From NCBI GenBank assembly GCA_965208835.1, contig OZ242358.1, forward strand, positions 4,576,001 through 4,640,000: 64,000 nucleotides of DNA, read 5' to 3'. Source of the stretch: Candidatus Latescibacterota bacterium (GTDB lineage: Bacteria; Latescibacterota; UBA2968; GCA-2709665). Of this stretch, positions 28,969 through 38,767 are shown piece after piece (position 1 is the first letter of the stretch; every line of letters starts with the position of its first letter). A program made the position numbers and the translations under genes. Below the pieces are notes generated by a model. That model saw only the letters and a list, made by a program, of their open reading frames with translations. It was not told where the DNA came from and searched no databases.

Positions 28969-29109
28969 TTAAGGCGAATAGGCCGTCTCAATAAGGCCGT
29001 TCCGGCGGCATGATATCCCCGCCAGCCGTCAGGTGCGGCATTTCGCACGCTTGTCCTCTGCCTTTGCCTGACCCGGTCCGGCAAACCGGGGGGACGTATC
29101 GAAAAGGAG

Positions 29110-30030
29110 TTGGAGTTGAGCCAATCAGCTGAAATCTCGTTCCCGTACGCGAAGATGACAATCCCGAGAACCATCTCGCGCATGGTCGCCCTACTCGTCC
29201 TCACCTTCGGACTCTTCGCACCCAAGGCCGCTTACGCGGGCGCGTGGACCCTTGAAAAGGGCCAGGTGTGGAGCAAGATTACCGGCCTGTACCAGGCCAC
29301 CGATGAACACTACGACAAGGATGGAGAACCGAGCGGATTTCCCGCCGACTATACTTCGCGGGAGGTGTATCTCGACGTGTATTACGGGGTGACCAAGCGC
29401 TTCGATCTCGGCGTTCAGTTTGCGGCGATCAACCGGAAATTCGAAAATTTCACTTCGAACAGGCACCGGGAGATGTTCGGATATCGCGCAAAAGAGTCAG
29501 GTCTGGGCGACATCCGCGTCTTCGGCAAGGTCAACCTCGTTCACGAGCCCGTCGTGGGTACCGTGATGCTTGGTATCAAGGCGCCAACCGGAGATTTCCG
29601 CGCCGCGCCCGAAGCCATGTCCGCCGGCAACGGGCAGTGGGACGTCGAAGTGGTTGCGCAGATCGGCAAGTCCTACTGGCCCATCCCGATATACGCCAAT
29701 ATCGATCTGGGATATCGCCTCCGGGAGACCAACGAGACCATTCACCACAACCCGGACGATGAGTTGATCTACAATGTCGAGATCGGCGGCAGCCCCGTGG
29801 AAATGTTGAACCTTGCCCTCAAGCTGGAAGGGATCTCGGGCGCCGGCCGGCGGGTCACCTATGCGATACCCACGGCGATCGTCAGCCTGCCGCAGGGCAT
29901 CGCCCTGGAAGCCGCGGCGCGCGTGTCCGTGCTCGGCCGCGCCGACCCCTCGCTGGGTGCGCCCTATACGTTTTTCGCAGGTTCCACATTCCTGGTCGGG
30001 ATCTCCTACACGGGAAGCCTGATGCAATAG
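29110..30030 (+). CDS. Putative outer-membrane beta-barrel (MetA/phenol-pathway-like); start uncertain (29110-29182)
   Basis: Signal peptide ending AAYA; SGLGDIRV, KAPTG, GNGQWD motifs; alternating amphipathic strands. Confidence 0.65.
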   Translation: MELSQSAEISFPYAKMTIPRTISRMVALLVLTFGLFAPKAAYAGAWTLEKGQVWSKITGLYQATDEHYDKDGEPSGFPADYTSREVYLDVYYGVTKRFDLGVQFAAINRKFENFTSNRHREMFGYRAKESGLGDIRVFGKVNLVHEPVVGTVMLGIKAPTGDFRAAPEAMSAGNGQWDVEVVAQIGKSYWPIPIYANIDLGYRLRETNETIHHNPDDELIYNVEIGGSPVEMLNLALKLEGISGAGRRVTYAIPTAIVSLPQGIALEAAARVSVLGRADPSLGAPYTFFAGSTFLVGISYTGSLMQ

Positions 30031-30086
30031 CGGCTTCAACGAAACATCCCAACGCCGCCGATGGAACAGCCAAGGGAACCGGAGAC

Positions 30087-30119
30087 AAAAGGGAAGGGGC
30101 AATGCCCCATCCCTTTTTT
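30087..30119 (+). terminator. Rho-independent terminator
   Basis: aaaagggaaggggc-aat-gccccatccctttttt hairpin with T tract. Confidence 0.75.
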
Positions 30120-30192
30120 AGTTGTCGGAGACGATCAGAAACAGATGATTGGAGTGAGGATCAGTTGCATAGGGAACGCGGGTTCGACGCGG

Positions 30193-31269
30193 ATGATTGC
30201 GATTTTCTGGTTGTTTCTTGCAAGCGCAGCGGTACACGCGCACACCCCGACCCCGGCTTCTGAGACGCCGCAAATCTCGGAATTACATCGCGGGGTCTGT
30301 TTCGTCGCCGGGCCCGGCCGCCCCACGGATGCGGCTTTCGACCGCCTGGCCGCGTTGAACGTGAACTGGATTTCCCAGACGCCGTTCGGGTGGCAGCGCA
30401 GCGCCGGCAGCCCCGAGGTAATCCTGGCGACTTCCGGCCGCGTCTGGTGGGGGGAATCGGACGAGGGCCTGGAGGATGCGGCCCGAAGGGCGCGGCAGCG
30501 AGGCATACGGACGATACTGAAGCCACACGTCTGGATCCGTGACCGCGGTGACGGGAGATGGCGTGGGAATATCGACTTTTCGACGCCTGAAAAATGGGAC
30601 ACGTGGTGGGCAAGTTATCGGCGGTTTATCCTCCACTACGCCGCACTCGCGGAATCCACGGGGATGGAGGCGCTGTGTATTGGAACGGAACTCCGCAGCG
30701 CCGTGTTGAACCGCCCCGACGCCTGGCGCAAGTTGATCGCGGACGTGCGGGCGGTGTACAGGGGTGAACTCACCTATTCGGCGAACTGGTACCGGGAATT
30801 CGAGGAGGTGCCCTTCTGGGACGCGCTCGATTACATTGGACTCCAGGTCTACTTCCCGCTGGCGGACAGCTCCGACGCCGCTTTGACGGTCGACGAGTTT
30901 AAGGCTGCGTGGGCGCCCCATGTAAAGCTGATCGAAACAGTACAGCAGCGGGTGGACAAGCCGGTACTCTTCACGGAGGTGGGCTACAGGAGTACCGCGG
31001 ATGCTGCCGTGGAGCCGTGGGTGTGGCGGTCGGCGGCGCCTGTGGACCTCGAGCTGCAGGCAGCCTGTTACGAGGCGATGTTCCGGACGTTCTGGCGTAA
31101 GCCCTGGTTTGCGGGCACGCACGTGTGGAAGTGGTTCCCGGAGGGGAGTACGCAATTCGGAGGACGACGCGCTCGCCGCCACGCACTTCAAAGGGAACGG
31201 GGATTCACGCCGCAGGGCAAACCCGCGGAAGAGGTGCTTGCACGTTGGTACAGAGGGGACGGGGAATGA
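30193..31269 (+). CDS. Glycoside hydrolase family 113-like (clan A) secreted protein
   Basis: Signal peptide; LKPHVW, IGTEL, LTYSANW, YFPL, VLFTEVGY, VWKW. Confidence 0.8.
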   Translation: MIAIFWLFLASAAVHAHTPTPASETPQISELHRGVCFVAGPGRPTDAAFDRLAALNVNWISQTPFGWQRSAGSPEVILATSGRVWWGESDEGLEDAARRARQRGIRTILKPHVWIRDRGDGRWRGNIDFSTPEKWDTWWASYRRFILHYAALAESTGMEALCIGTELRSAVLNRPDAWRKLIADVRAVYRGELTYSANWYREFEEVPFWDALDYIGLQVYFPLADSSDAALTVDEFKAAWAPHVKLIETVQQRVDKPVLFTEVGYRSTADAAVEPWVWRSAAPVDLELQAACYEAMFRTFWRKPWFAGTHVWKWFPEGSTQFGGRRARRHALQRERGFTPQGKPAEEVLARWYRGDGE

Positions 31270-31565
31270 ATACAGGTCGACATCCGGAAACCAGACACCG
31301 AAACCACGCGATTATCGGGAGAGATTCCAGGCTGATAACGTATGTTGGCGCAGTGATCAAATACAACCCTTTACTTCACCTCGATTGTTTCCCATATTAG
31401 GCCATGCACCGTGGCCCACGAAGGCTTCACGCAGCGGCGTGGTGTCGAAGTGATTTATGATTGACTGTCGCAATTCTACGAAATCTTCTTCGAACCGTAT
31501 CTGCATTTTCGGCCAACTTTGCGGCGCCGGGGATAACTCTACACCACCTGACAGGAGGTAGAACC

Positions 31566-31886
31566 ATGGCCAATTACATGTTCCGCACCAGGTACACGCG
31601 GTCGGGTCTTGAGGGCCTGCTCAGAGAGGGAGGCACGGGACGCCGGGAAGCTTTGAGGCAGACCATCGAAGGGATGGGCGGCAAGCTGGAGGGCTTCTAC
31701 TACGCGATGGGCGATGACGACCTCATCCTGATCGCCGACATACCCGATGAAACCACTGCGGCGGCCCTCGCCCTCAACATCGCCGCGGCGGGCGCTCTGG
31801 AAGTCTCCACGACGGTCCTGATATCGCCGGAGACCATCGACGAAGCGGTGAACAGAAGCGTATCGTACCGGCTGCCTGGCGAGTGA
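31566..31886 (+). CDS. GYD domain-containing protein
   Basis: YTRSGLEGL..GGKLEGFYYAMGDDD; strong AGGAGG RBS. Confidence 0.8.
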   Translation: MANYMFRTRYTRSGLEGLLREGGTGRREALRQTIEGMGGKLEGFYYAMGDDDLILIADIPDETTAAALALNIAAAGALEVSTTVLISPETIDEAVNRSVSYRLPGE

Positions 31887-32079
31887 TCGGGCAAAGCATC
31901 ACGAAAACAGGATAACCGGAAGCCGGCACGGAAATCGTGGAGGCGTCGATGAGTGCCGAACGCCGAACCGACAGTGATCGGTCGATTCACCGGATAGATT
32001 TGCCTATACGGGTCCCTTTTCGCAGCGGAGAAGGGGCCTGTTTCGTTTCCAATCCGCGGGATTTCAGGTGGCTTGATCA

Positions 32080-34275
32080 ATGACAATTCCTATCGAAGGC
32101 CAGGTCCGCGACGCGTCCTCGGACCGCGCAATTGAAAACGTCCCTGTCTCCAACGGGGAGCATGTGGTGCGGACGGATTCCGCCGGGCGCTACGCGCTGG
32201 AGATCTCGCCGGGCGGGCACCGGTTCGTTTTCGTGACGGTTCCGGACGGCTTCCGGCCCGGTGAGGGATTCTATCGTTCCTCGATTGGATGGACCCGAGA
32301 ACAGCTCGGCGTCGATTTCGAGCTCGCAAGGCTGCCGGATGGGTCCCGGCGCACGTTTTCGATGGCCCACATCAGCGATACCCACGTGGAACTGGACGAA
32401 AGCCGGATTCAGGGCGAAATATTGTCGCAGGATCTGCGACAACTTGAACGGGAGGCCAACCCGGACCTGATGGTCGCCAGCGGGGACCTGACGGATTGGG
32501 GGACGCTGGAGGAACTCGAGCAGTTTTGCGCTGCGATTGAAAGTGTTACGACGCCGGTGATGCCTATGTTCGGCGGGCACGACGGGAACCACGAGCGTTT
32601 CGGCGATCTGACGGTCGAAGAGCTTGTCGCTTTGAAACACAGGAGGGAATACGCGAAGATCGAGGAGATCCTGAAGCAGCGCGAAGGTGAACGCTTCACG
32701 CGCAACTATGAACAGATACTCGGCCCGCCGTATTACAGTTTCGATCGCGGGCGATGGCATTTCGTCCTCTATCCGAACGAGGATAATTTCTACCCGGCGC
32801 GGGACCGGAAGCGTAAGGAAGACTGGCTGTGGGCCGACCTGTCGCAACAGCCGCGCGATCGCAAAATCGTCATCTTCCTTCACAAGCCGCCGTCCATACC
32901 TTTCCTGAACGCTTTGAGCCGGTACCGGGTAGAGTTGGTCATGCATGGGCACTGGCACTCCAGCAAGGTGTTCACCCGGGACGGGATTGTCGTGGCGGCG
33001 GTACCCCCGCTCTGTTTCGGCGGCCTCGACATACGACCGCGGGGATATCGGCTCGTAGAATTTCGAGAGGAGGACTTCGAGTTCCGGCTCAAGGCCCTTG
33101 CACGGACCGCGAGCCCGCCGCCGCGCCGTGAAAACGAGTCGATCTCGCTCGATAAGGCGGGCGGTGGCCTGCGGCTGCTCTGGACGCATCGTCTTCCGGT
33201 GGGGCTGCACCGGGCGGCGCCGGTATGTTCCGGCGATCGGGTCCTCGCAAGCCTGGCGGACGAAGGCTATCCCGGTCAAAACGGCGTCGCGTGTATTGAC
33301 GCGCGAAGCGGCGCGCTATTGTGGCGCGCATCTACGGACACAGCCGTTAAGAACAGCGCGGCGATCACCCTCGCGTCAGGATTTGCGGATGGGACTGATT
33401 TATGCGTAGCGGTGTCCATTGCCGGTAGATTATATGCAATCGAAACACAGTCGGGACAGGTTCGCTGGAAGGCCGACCTTCCTGGCTTTCCGGAACGCTG
33501 GATCTATGCGTCTCCGGTCATTGCCGGCAAGACGGTTTACGCGGGCGGCAAAGCCGGTATGGGCGCCTACAACCTCGAAACCGGCGCGCAAGCGTGGTAC
33601 ACCGGAATTGAAGGCGGCGACGGTTGGCCGTGCTACGCGAGCCCGCGGGTCTTCGGCGACCTGCTCATTCTGCTTGTCCAGCGGAGGGGGTTGATGGCGT
33701 TGGACAGACGTAGCGGGAAGGTGGTCTGGGAACGGACCCTGGGCGTCGAGAATACCTACGCCCGGCCCGTGGTGGACGGCGGCCTCGTGGTCACCGGCAG
33801 CGGCGCCCCGGCGCTTCACTGGTTTGGGGGCGAGCCCGCGCAACTGGCGGTCCTTAGCGCCGGAACGGGCGAGGTGGTGTGGAACAGAGCCCTGCTTCCT
33901 TCGAGGTATCCCACCGGGCTCGCGGTGCGGGATGACCGGCTGTACGCGACCACGCCGGACGGCGAGGCATTCTGTTTGGATCTCCAATCGGGCGCGTTGT
34001 TGTGGCGCTTTCAAACGGGCGATGACCTGATTGACATGGTCCCGGCCCGCCGCGATGTCCGATCCATTCTCGCGCCGCCGGTCATCTATGGGGACTGTCT
34101 GCTCATCTGTGGCGGTGACGGCTGCCTTTACATCCTGAACGCGCGGACCGGCGCCTGCGTCAGCCGTACTGACCTGGGCTCCCCGATCGCGGCAGCGCCC
34201 TGCCTGACCGAAGACGGGTTCTGCGTGGGCGCATACGACGGGCAACTGTATTGCTTCGTTGAATCTGAGGAGTGA
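32080..34275 (+). CDS. Calcineurin-like metallophosphoesterase fused to a PQQ-type beta-propeller
   Basis: VPVSNG..RTD N-domain; SDTH, SGDLTD, GNHE, FLHKP, GHWH; repeated ALDxxSGxxxW blades. Confidence 0.85.
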   Translation: MTIPIEGQVRDASSDRAIENVPVSNGEHVVRTDSAGRYALEISPGGHRFVFVTVPDGFRPGEGFYRSSIGWTREQLGVDFELARLPDGSRRTFSMAHISDTHVELDESRIQGEILSQDLRQLEREANPDLMVASGDLTDWGTLEELEQFCAAIESVTTPVMPMFGGHDGNHERFGDLTVEELVALKHRREYAKIEEILKQREGERFTRNYEQILGPPYYSFDRGRWHFVLYPNEDNFYPARDRKRKEDWLWADLSQQPRDRKIVIFLHKPPSIPFLNALSRYRVELVMHGHWHSSKVFTRDGIVVAAVPPLCFGGLDIRPRGYRLVEFREEDFEFRLKALARTASPPPRRENESISLDKAGGGLRLLWTHRLPVGLHRAAPVCSGDRVLASLADEGYPGQNGVACIDARSGALLWRASTDTAVKNSAAITLASGFADGTDLCVAVSIAGRLYAIETQSGQVRWKADLPGFPERWIYASPVIAGKTVYAGGKAGMGAYNLETGAQAWYTGIEGGDGWPCYASPRVFGDLLILLVQRRGLMALDRRSGKVVWERTLGVENTYARPVVDGGLVVTGSGAPALHWFGGEPAQLAVLSAGTGEVVWNRALLPSRYPTGLAVRDDRLYATTPDGEAFCLDLQSGALLWRFQTGDDLIDMVPARRDVRSILAPPVIYGDCLLICGGDGCLYILNARTGACVSRTDLGSPIAAAPCLTEDGFCVGAYDGQLYCFVESEE

Positions 34276-34316
34276 GCGTCCTGCGGTCGCAAATTTCGTG
34301 ACATACGGGAGGTATC

Positions 34317-35318
34317 ATGGCATCGCCATTGCAATCACAACCCTGGGAAAGACCCGACACGCCCATATTCAGCAATGCTCCGCCGCCCCAGTCGTGGATG
34401 AAATGCAACATCTACTGCCCGCGCGTCATTTACGCGCAGGGCAAGTACCGAATGTGGTTTACCGGATCGGAGGTGCGGCCCACGCTGTACAAGACGTGTA
34501 TCGGATACGCGGAATCGGACGACGGCTTTGCATGGACCCTGCACCCGGACAATCCCATTCTGACGGCCGACCGGCTTTCATGGGGCCAGAGTCTGCATAC
34601 CCCCTGGGTGTTGTTCGACGAGGACGCGCAGGTTTACAGGATGTGGTTCGGAAGCACGACCCACGTGGAATACCAGGACGATGGTATCCTGGCGAAGAAC
34701 ATCAGTTCGGCCATGGGAAATGCGACCAGCCGCGACGGCATAGATTGGGAATTCCTGCAGGAACCCCTGATCCATGAATGCCGGGCGCCATGCGTACGCA
34801 GGGAAGGCGGCCGATATCGCATGTGGCTCAATGCCAGTCCAAACCCCGACGACTCCTGGGAAACGGCCTATGGCTTCGTGTATGAGTACACGTCGGAGGA
34901 TGGTATCGCGTGGCACCGGCTCGAACCGCATGCTATAGAGGCAACCGGAAACACGAGGTCCTGCGTCTATCCGGAGGTCCACAGGATCAACGGGACCTGG
35001 TACATGTGGCATATCGGCCATCTGAAAGAGAGGGATGATCCGATGAACATGGTCTACCACGAGATCTTCTGCGATACATCGGACGATGGCGTTACCTGGA
35101 CGCTGAACCACGAGACCCCCGCATTTGCCGCATCTCGCGACCTGGGACGTTTTGACTGGAAGACGGTCTCGACGCCATGCGTGGTGGACGCGGGAGATAC
35201 GTTGATGCTGTACTACGCGGGCTGTAATCTGAAGACGAATTTCAATCGGTTCGAGGGCGGAGACAACGGCGAGGGGATGCATATCGCCGTCGCGACCCTG
35301 CCCAAAGACAGGCTGTAA
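34317..35318 (+). CDS. Five-bladed beta-propeller hydrolase-like protein (paralog A3)
   Basis: GYAESDDG, HPDNPIL, TPWVLFD, APCV, CVYPEV, STPCVV shared with A1/A2. Confidence 0.7.
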   Translation: MASPLQSQPWERPDTPIFSNAPPPQSWMKCNIYCPRVIYAQGKYRMWFTGSEVRPTLYKTCIGYAESDDGFAWTLHPDNPILTADRLSWGQSLHTPWVLFDEDAQVYRMWFGSTTHVEYQDDGILAKNISSAMGNATSRDGIDWEFLQEPLIHECRAPCVRREGGRYRMWLNASPNPDDSWETAYGFVYEYTSEDGIAWHRLEPHAIEATGNTRSCVYPEVHRINGTWYMWHIGHLKERDDPMNMVYHEIFCDTSDDGVTWTLNHETPAFAASRDLGRFDWKTVSTPCVVDAGDTLMLYYAGCNLKTNFNRFEGGDNGEGMHIAVATLPKDRL

Positions 35319-35377
35319 TTCCAGCGTCTCTGGCATTGGCCCGGTTGAAAATTCGAGGTGGCGCAACAGGAGCCGGA

Positions 35378-36265
35378 ATGCAACGCGCGTACGACCTGAC
35401 ATTGGAAGTTCTGGATTCAGACGAGATCTTTCACGTGCCCGACCGGAAGAGCCGGAAGAAATGGAACGGCCCCTGGTGGCATATGGCCGCATTGTACGAG
35501 ATGGGAGAATCCGGACGAATCCCGGAGCTGGCTGTCGCCAGGGCGCTGAAACTGCTCAAAGACGGCGCATGGCCCAGGTTTGTTGTCGATCCGGCTGATG
35601 CACCGCAAACGGATTCCGACCGGGCGAAAATGGACTGTTGTCACTGTGAGTTGGGCGTTTTCTATATGATACTCGCGTCATGTGGCTGCGACGTGGATGT
35701 CGAACTCCCCTGGATTCGGGAGTGGTTCCTGAAACACCAGTTGCCGGACGGCGGCTTGAACTGCTCGCCGGCTGCCTGTCGCGGGTCGGGAAAGAGCTCA
35801 ATCGTATCCACACTGCCTCCGCTGGAAGCGATTCTGTTTTTCACCAGCCGGAACTATACGGATGCCGAACAGAGATTCCTGGACGAGGGCGCGCGCTATC
35901 TCATCGAACATCGACTGGTCTGCTCCAGGCAAGATGGCCGCGTCATCAACGGAGCCTGGCTGAAGCCGCTGTTTCCCCGCTACTTCGAATATGACATCCT
36001 GCGGGGGATGTACTTCCTGGTGGAATGGTCCGGACGTTCCGGGCGGCCGCTCCCGGTTGAAGTGATCAGGAATGGCCTCGACCTGCTCCGTTCACACATC
36101 GGCCCGGACGGCGTTACGATCGGAAGACGCGTGAACGATCGGAGCGGAGGCTGGCACGGCCCCACGTTCCCGCTGATGGACTCGGTGGGTATGGTCGGCA
36201 ACGTATCGCAGCACCTGACACATCAACTGAACGCCGTGCTGCGGGCGGTTCACATGAAGCTATAA
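35378..36265 (+). CDS. Hypothetical protein with prenyltransferase/squalene-cyclase-like repeat
   Basis: WFLKHQLPDGGLNC QW-like motif; FPRYFEYDILRG. Confidence 0.5.
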   Translation: MQRAYDLTLEVLDSDEIFHVPDRKSRKKWNGPWWHMAALYEMGESGRIPELAVARALKLLKDGAWPRFVVDPADAPQTDSDRAKMDCCHCELGVFYMILASCGCDVDVELPWIREWFLKHQLPDGGLNCSPAACRGSGKSSIVSTLPPLEAILFFTSRNYTDAEQRFLDEGARYLIEHRLVCSRQDGRVINGAWLKPLFPRYFEYDILRGMYFLVEWSGRSGRPLPVEVIRNGLDLLRSHIGPDGVTIGRRVNDRSGGWHGPTFPLMDSVGMVGNVSQHLTHQLNAVLRAVHMKL

Positions 36266-36351
36266 GCTATCAGTTCTCAGCCGTCAGCCAAAAGCAAAAG
36301 GCGAAAACCGTATCAACAGCGCTATCATGTGGACAACCGCGACGAGCGCAA

Positions 36352-36454
36352 ACCTCTTCCCCGGACCCTCTCCTGAAGGAAAGGGGAGAAAAGCGAAGTA
36401 TCTTTAAGAGATGACAATTCTCCCTTCCTTCAGGAAGGGGGTCAGGGGGTAGGT
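36352..36454. repeat. REP-doublet-like inverted repeat
   Basis: acctcttccccggaccctctcctgaaggaaaggggagaa pairs with ttctcccttccttcaggaaggggtcagggggtaggt. Confidence 0.75.
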
Positions 36455-36535
36455 CTCGCCATATGGCGCAAATGCCTCCTTGGGCGCCCGGAACGGAGTT
36501 CCGAAAGGCCGAGTCGAGAATCGAGGATCCATCCC

Positions 36536-36892
36536 ATGTTGGCAACGCGATATATTTACTTCACGGATAATGTTGAACGCATGGTTTCGTTCTACCGGGA
36601 CATAATGCGAATGAAGGTCCTGATGCCGCCGGAAGCGACGGACCACGACCCCGGAGGATGGGTCAGATTGTCCAGCGGAGGGGTGGAGGTTGCCATCCAT
36701 CGCGCGGGAAAACCCGGTTGCCCCGGGCGGAATCGGAACAAGCTCGTTTTCGTTGTCGACGACGTCGGTGCGGCGCGCGAGGAACTTCGAAAAGCTGGCG
36801 TAAGAATGGGAAAACATCACATCCTGTCGAGATTCGAGTGCTGCGACTTTAAGGACCCCGATGGAAACACGCTGCAGATTTCGAATCGGTAA
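36536..36892 (+). CDS. VOC/glyoxalase family protein
   Basis: FYRDIM, FVVDDV, FKDPDGNTLQI. Confidence 0.85.
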   Translation: MLATRYIYFTDNVERMVSFYRDIMRMKVLMPPEATDHDPGGWVRLSSGGVEVAIHRAGKPGCPGRNRNKLVFVVDDVGAAREELRKAGVRMGKHHILSRFECCDFKDPDGNTLQISNR

Positions 36893-36930
36893 TACCCGTT
36901 GGTCGGCTTTTTTCAAGGGGACAGGAGGAT

Positions 36931-37350
36931 ATGATGAACGTCAGCGAAGTCGTACCCTTTTTCGCGGTGAAAGACATGCGGAAGTCATTGGCGTTCTACG
37001 TCGACGGGCTGGGCTTCGAGATGGAGGGCAAGTGGGTGGACGAAGGCGTTATCAGGTGGTGCATGTTGCGCATCGGTAATGCGGCGGTGATGCTCCAGGA
37101 ATTCAGGACCGAAGGATACGATTCACGGCAATTCAGCGAGAACAAGGGCGAAGGCGTCTCCCTGTTTTTCTTCTGCGACGATGCGGTCGAATTCTACCGG
37201 GATGTCCGGTCACGGGGGATAGACGCCTCTGAGCCGGTTGTGGGCAACCGGATGTGGGTCACGTCCATTGCAGACCCCGACGGGTACAATCTGTCCTTTG
37301 AGAGCCCCACGGACGTCCCGGAGGAAACGAGACTGTCGGAAGTGGACTAA
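36931..37350 (+). CDS. VOC/bleomycin-resistance family protein
   Basis: VKDMRKSLAFYVDGLGF; ADPDGYNLSF. Confidence 0.85.
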   Translation: MMNVSEVVPFFAVKDMRKSLAFYVDGLGFEMEGKWVDEGVIRWCMLRIGNAAVMLQEFRTEGYDSRQFSENKGEGVSLFFFCDDAVEFYRDVRSRGIDASEPVVGNRMWVTSIADPDGYNLSFESPTDVPEETRLSEVD

Positions 37351-37432
37351 ATGCAACCGGGGTTCCAATCCAGGATTGTAGTCGAAGTCGTTACCTACCG
37401 AAACATAGCCGTGTGAACAGGAGAATCGCCGG

Positions 37433-38671
37433 ATGACCGACGCCGAACTCGAAGCCAAGGCAAAACGGATCCAGGCTGTCGTCGAGGACCATCTGGTGCA
37501 GGATCACGGCATGCTGCCCATGCTGGTGCGTGCCGAAGATTATCAACTGCCGTCGGCCGATGACTACCGCGGGGCGTACCGCCATCGGCACCTCCAGGGA
37601 AAGACGGAGGCCGAGATCGGAATGCCACCGATGCACGTCTGGCGGGCCTGGGAGAACACGCCCACGGACACGGCATGGTATCTCGGCGCCATGAGTTACC
37701 GGTACCGGTGCGATGGCGATTCCAGCGTCCTGGCAATCTGCCGGCGCACGTTCGGGGCGCTCAGGTATATCCATGGGCTCGGGGTGGAGAAGGGCGAGCG
37801 AGGATACATGTGCAAGCCCTACGGCGGCGTGTACAGCAAGCAGTCGTCCGGCGACCAGGTGCAGTGCATCCTGGTCGGGCTGGCGGCGTATCGTCCCATT
37901 GCGCCGCCGGAGGATCTCGCCGCCATCGACGAAATCCTCGTGGACATGGCCGAATTCGACATCAAGTGGAACTATGTCTCTCCGCACGGCTACTTCGGAT
38001 ACACACATGAGTCGCTTGTTGAAACCATTCTTGGCGAGAACTGGATCAATGCCACGTGGTCCTATGCCATCATCCATACGCCGCTGCTCTATCTGGCCTG
38101 GCGGGCTACCGGAGACCCGCGATATCTCCGGGAGATCGGGAGATGGTACGAAGCCTGCGATACGAGCGTCCGGTTCGAGCGCCCCAGTGGAAAGCTGACC
38201 GGCGGAATCGGCTGGCGCGCGCTGTACCTTCCGGCGCTGCTGATGGAGTTCGACCCGGCGAACCACGAGTTGTGGCGCGGCCTGATGCTGCAGAACCACG
38301 ATATGGTTCGATCCGGCATTCTGCCCAACGGGGCGCAGGCTTACCAGTGGACCTTCGACGTGGAAAGCGGCGAACGGGAAATCCTCCCGGCAACATTGTG
38401 GGGCGCGGGCCCGGCCGCGACCGGCAGGTCGGGCATCTTCGCCAGGGCCTGCGTCGCCGCGCAGCCCTGGTTCCCCGACGAAGACATGGCGTCCACCGCG
38501 AAACATATCCTCCACACCCTCGATATGGATACGTTCCGGTTCATCATGCCTATGGAAGAAGGGCAGCCTGTACCGCCGGAGTGGATGGTGGAGACCCGGC
38601 TGCTGGATATGGACAGCCTGACCGGATGGCTGTGGGGATACTGGGAGGGCCGGTGGCGCGGATACTGGTAG
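37433..38671 (+). CDS. Hypothetical helical protein, possibly six-hairpin glycosidase-like
   Basis: Long ORF with RBS; WEN..TDTAWYL, SGDQ, LAWRATGDPRY helical-repeat pattern. Confidence 0.45.
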   Translation: MTDAELEAKAKRIQAVVEDHLVQDHGMLPMLVRAEDYQLPSADDYRGAYRHRHLQGKTEAEIGMPPMHVWRAWENTPTDTAWYLGAMSYRYRCDGDSSVLAICRRTFGALRYIHGLGVEKGERGYMCKPYGGVYSKQSSGDQVQCILVGLAAYRPIAPPEDLAAIDEILVDMAEFDIKWNYVSPHGYFGYTHESLVETILGENWINATWSYAIIHTPLLYLAWRATGDPRYLREIGRWYEACDTSVRFERPSGKLTGGIGWRALYLPALLMEFDPANHELWRGLMLQNHDMVRSGILPNGAQAYQWTFDVESGEREILPATLWGAGPAATGRSGIFARACVAAQPWFPDEDMASTAKHILHTLDMDTFRFIMPMEEGQPVPPEWMVETRLLDMDSLTGWLWGYWEGRWRGYW

Positions 38672-38767
38672 GCGCGTGGGAAGGTCCACCCGCCCGCGAA
38701 GGAATTCGGAAGGTCCAGCGGGCGGTCTATGGGAGTCACATCGTCAGGACATGCAAGGGAGGATCGG

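Noticed and set aside
29060-29100. c-di-GMP-I or glycine riboswitch (ggcaaacc...gggacg; tcaggcaaagg on the minus strand)
   Set aside because: Only fragments of the consensus; the required stems and loops are missing.
30061-30192. N-terminal extension of the GH113-like ORF
   Set aside because: It runs through a terminator hairpin; the signal peptide starts at 30193.
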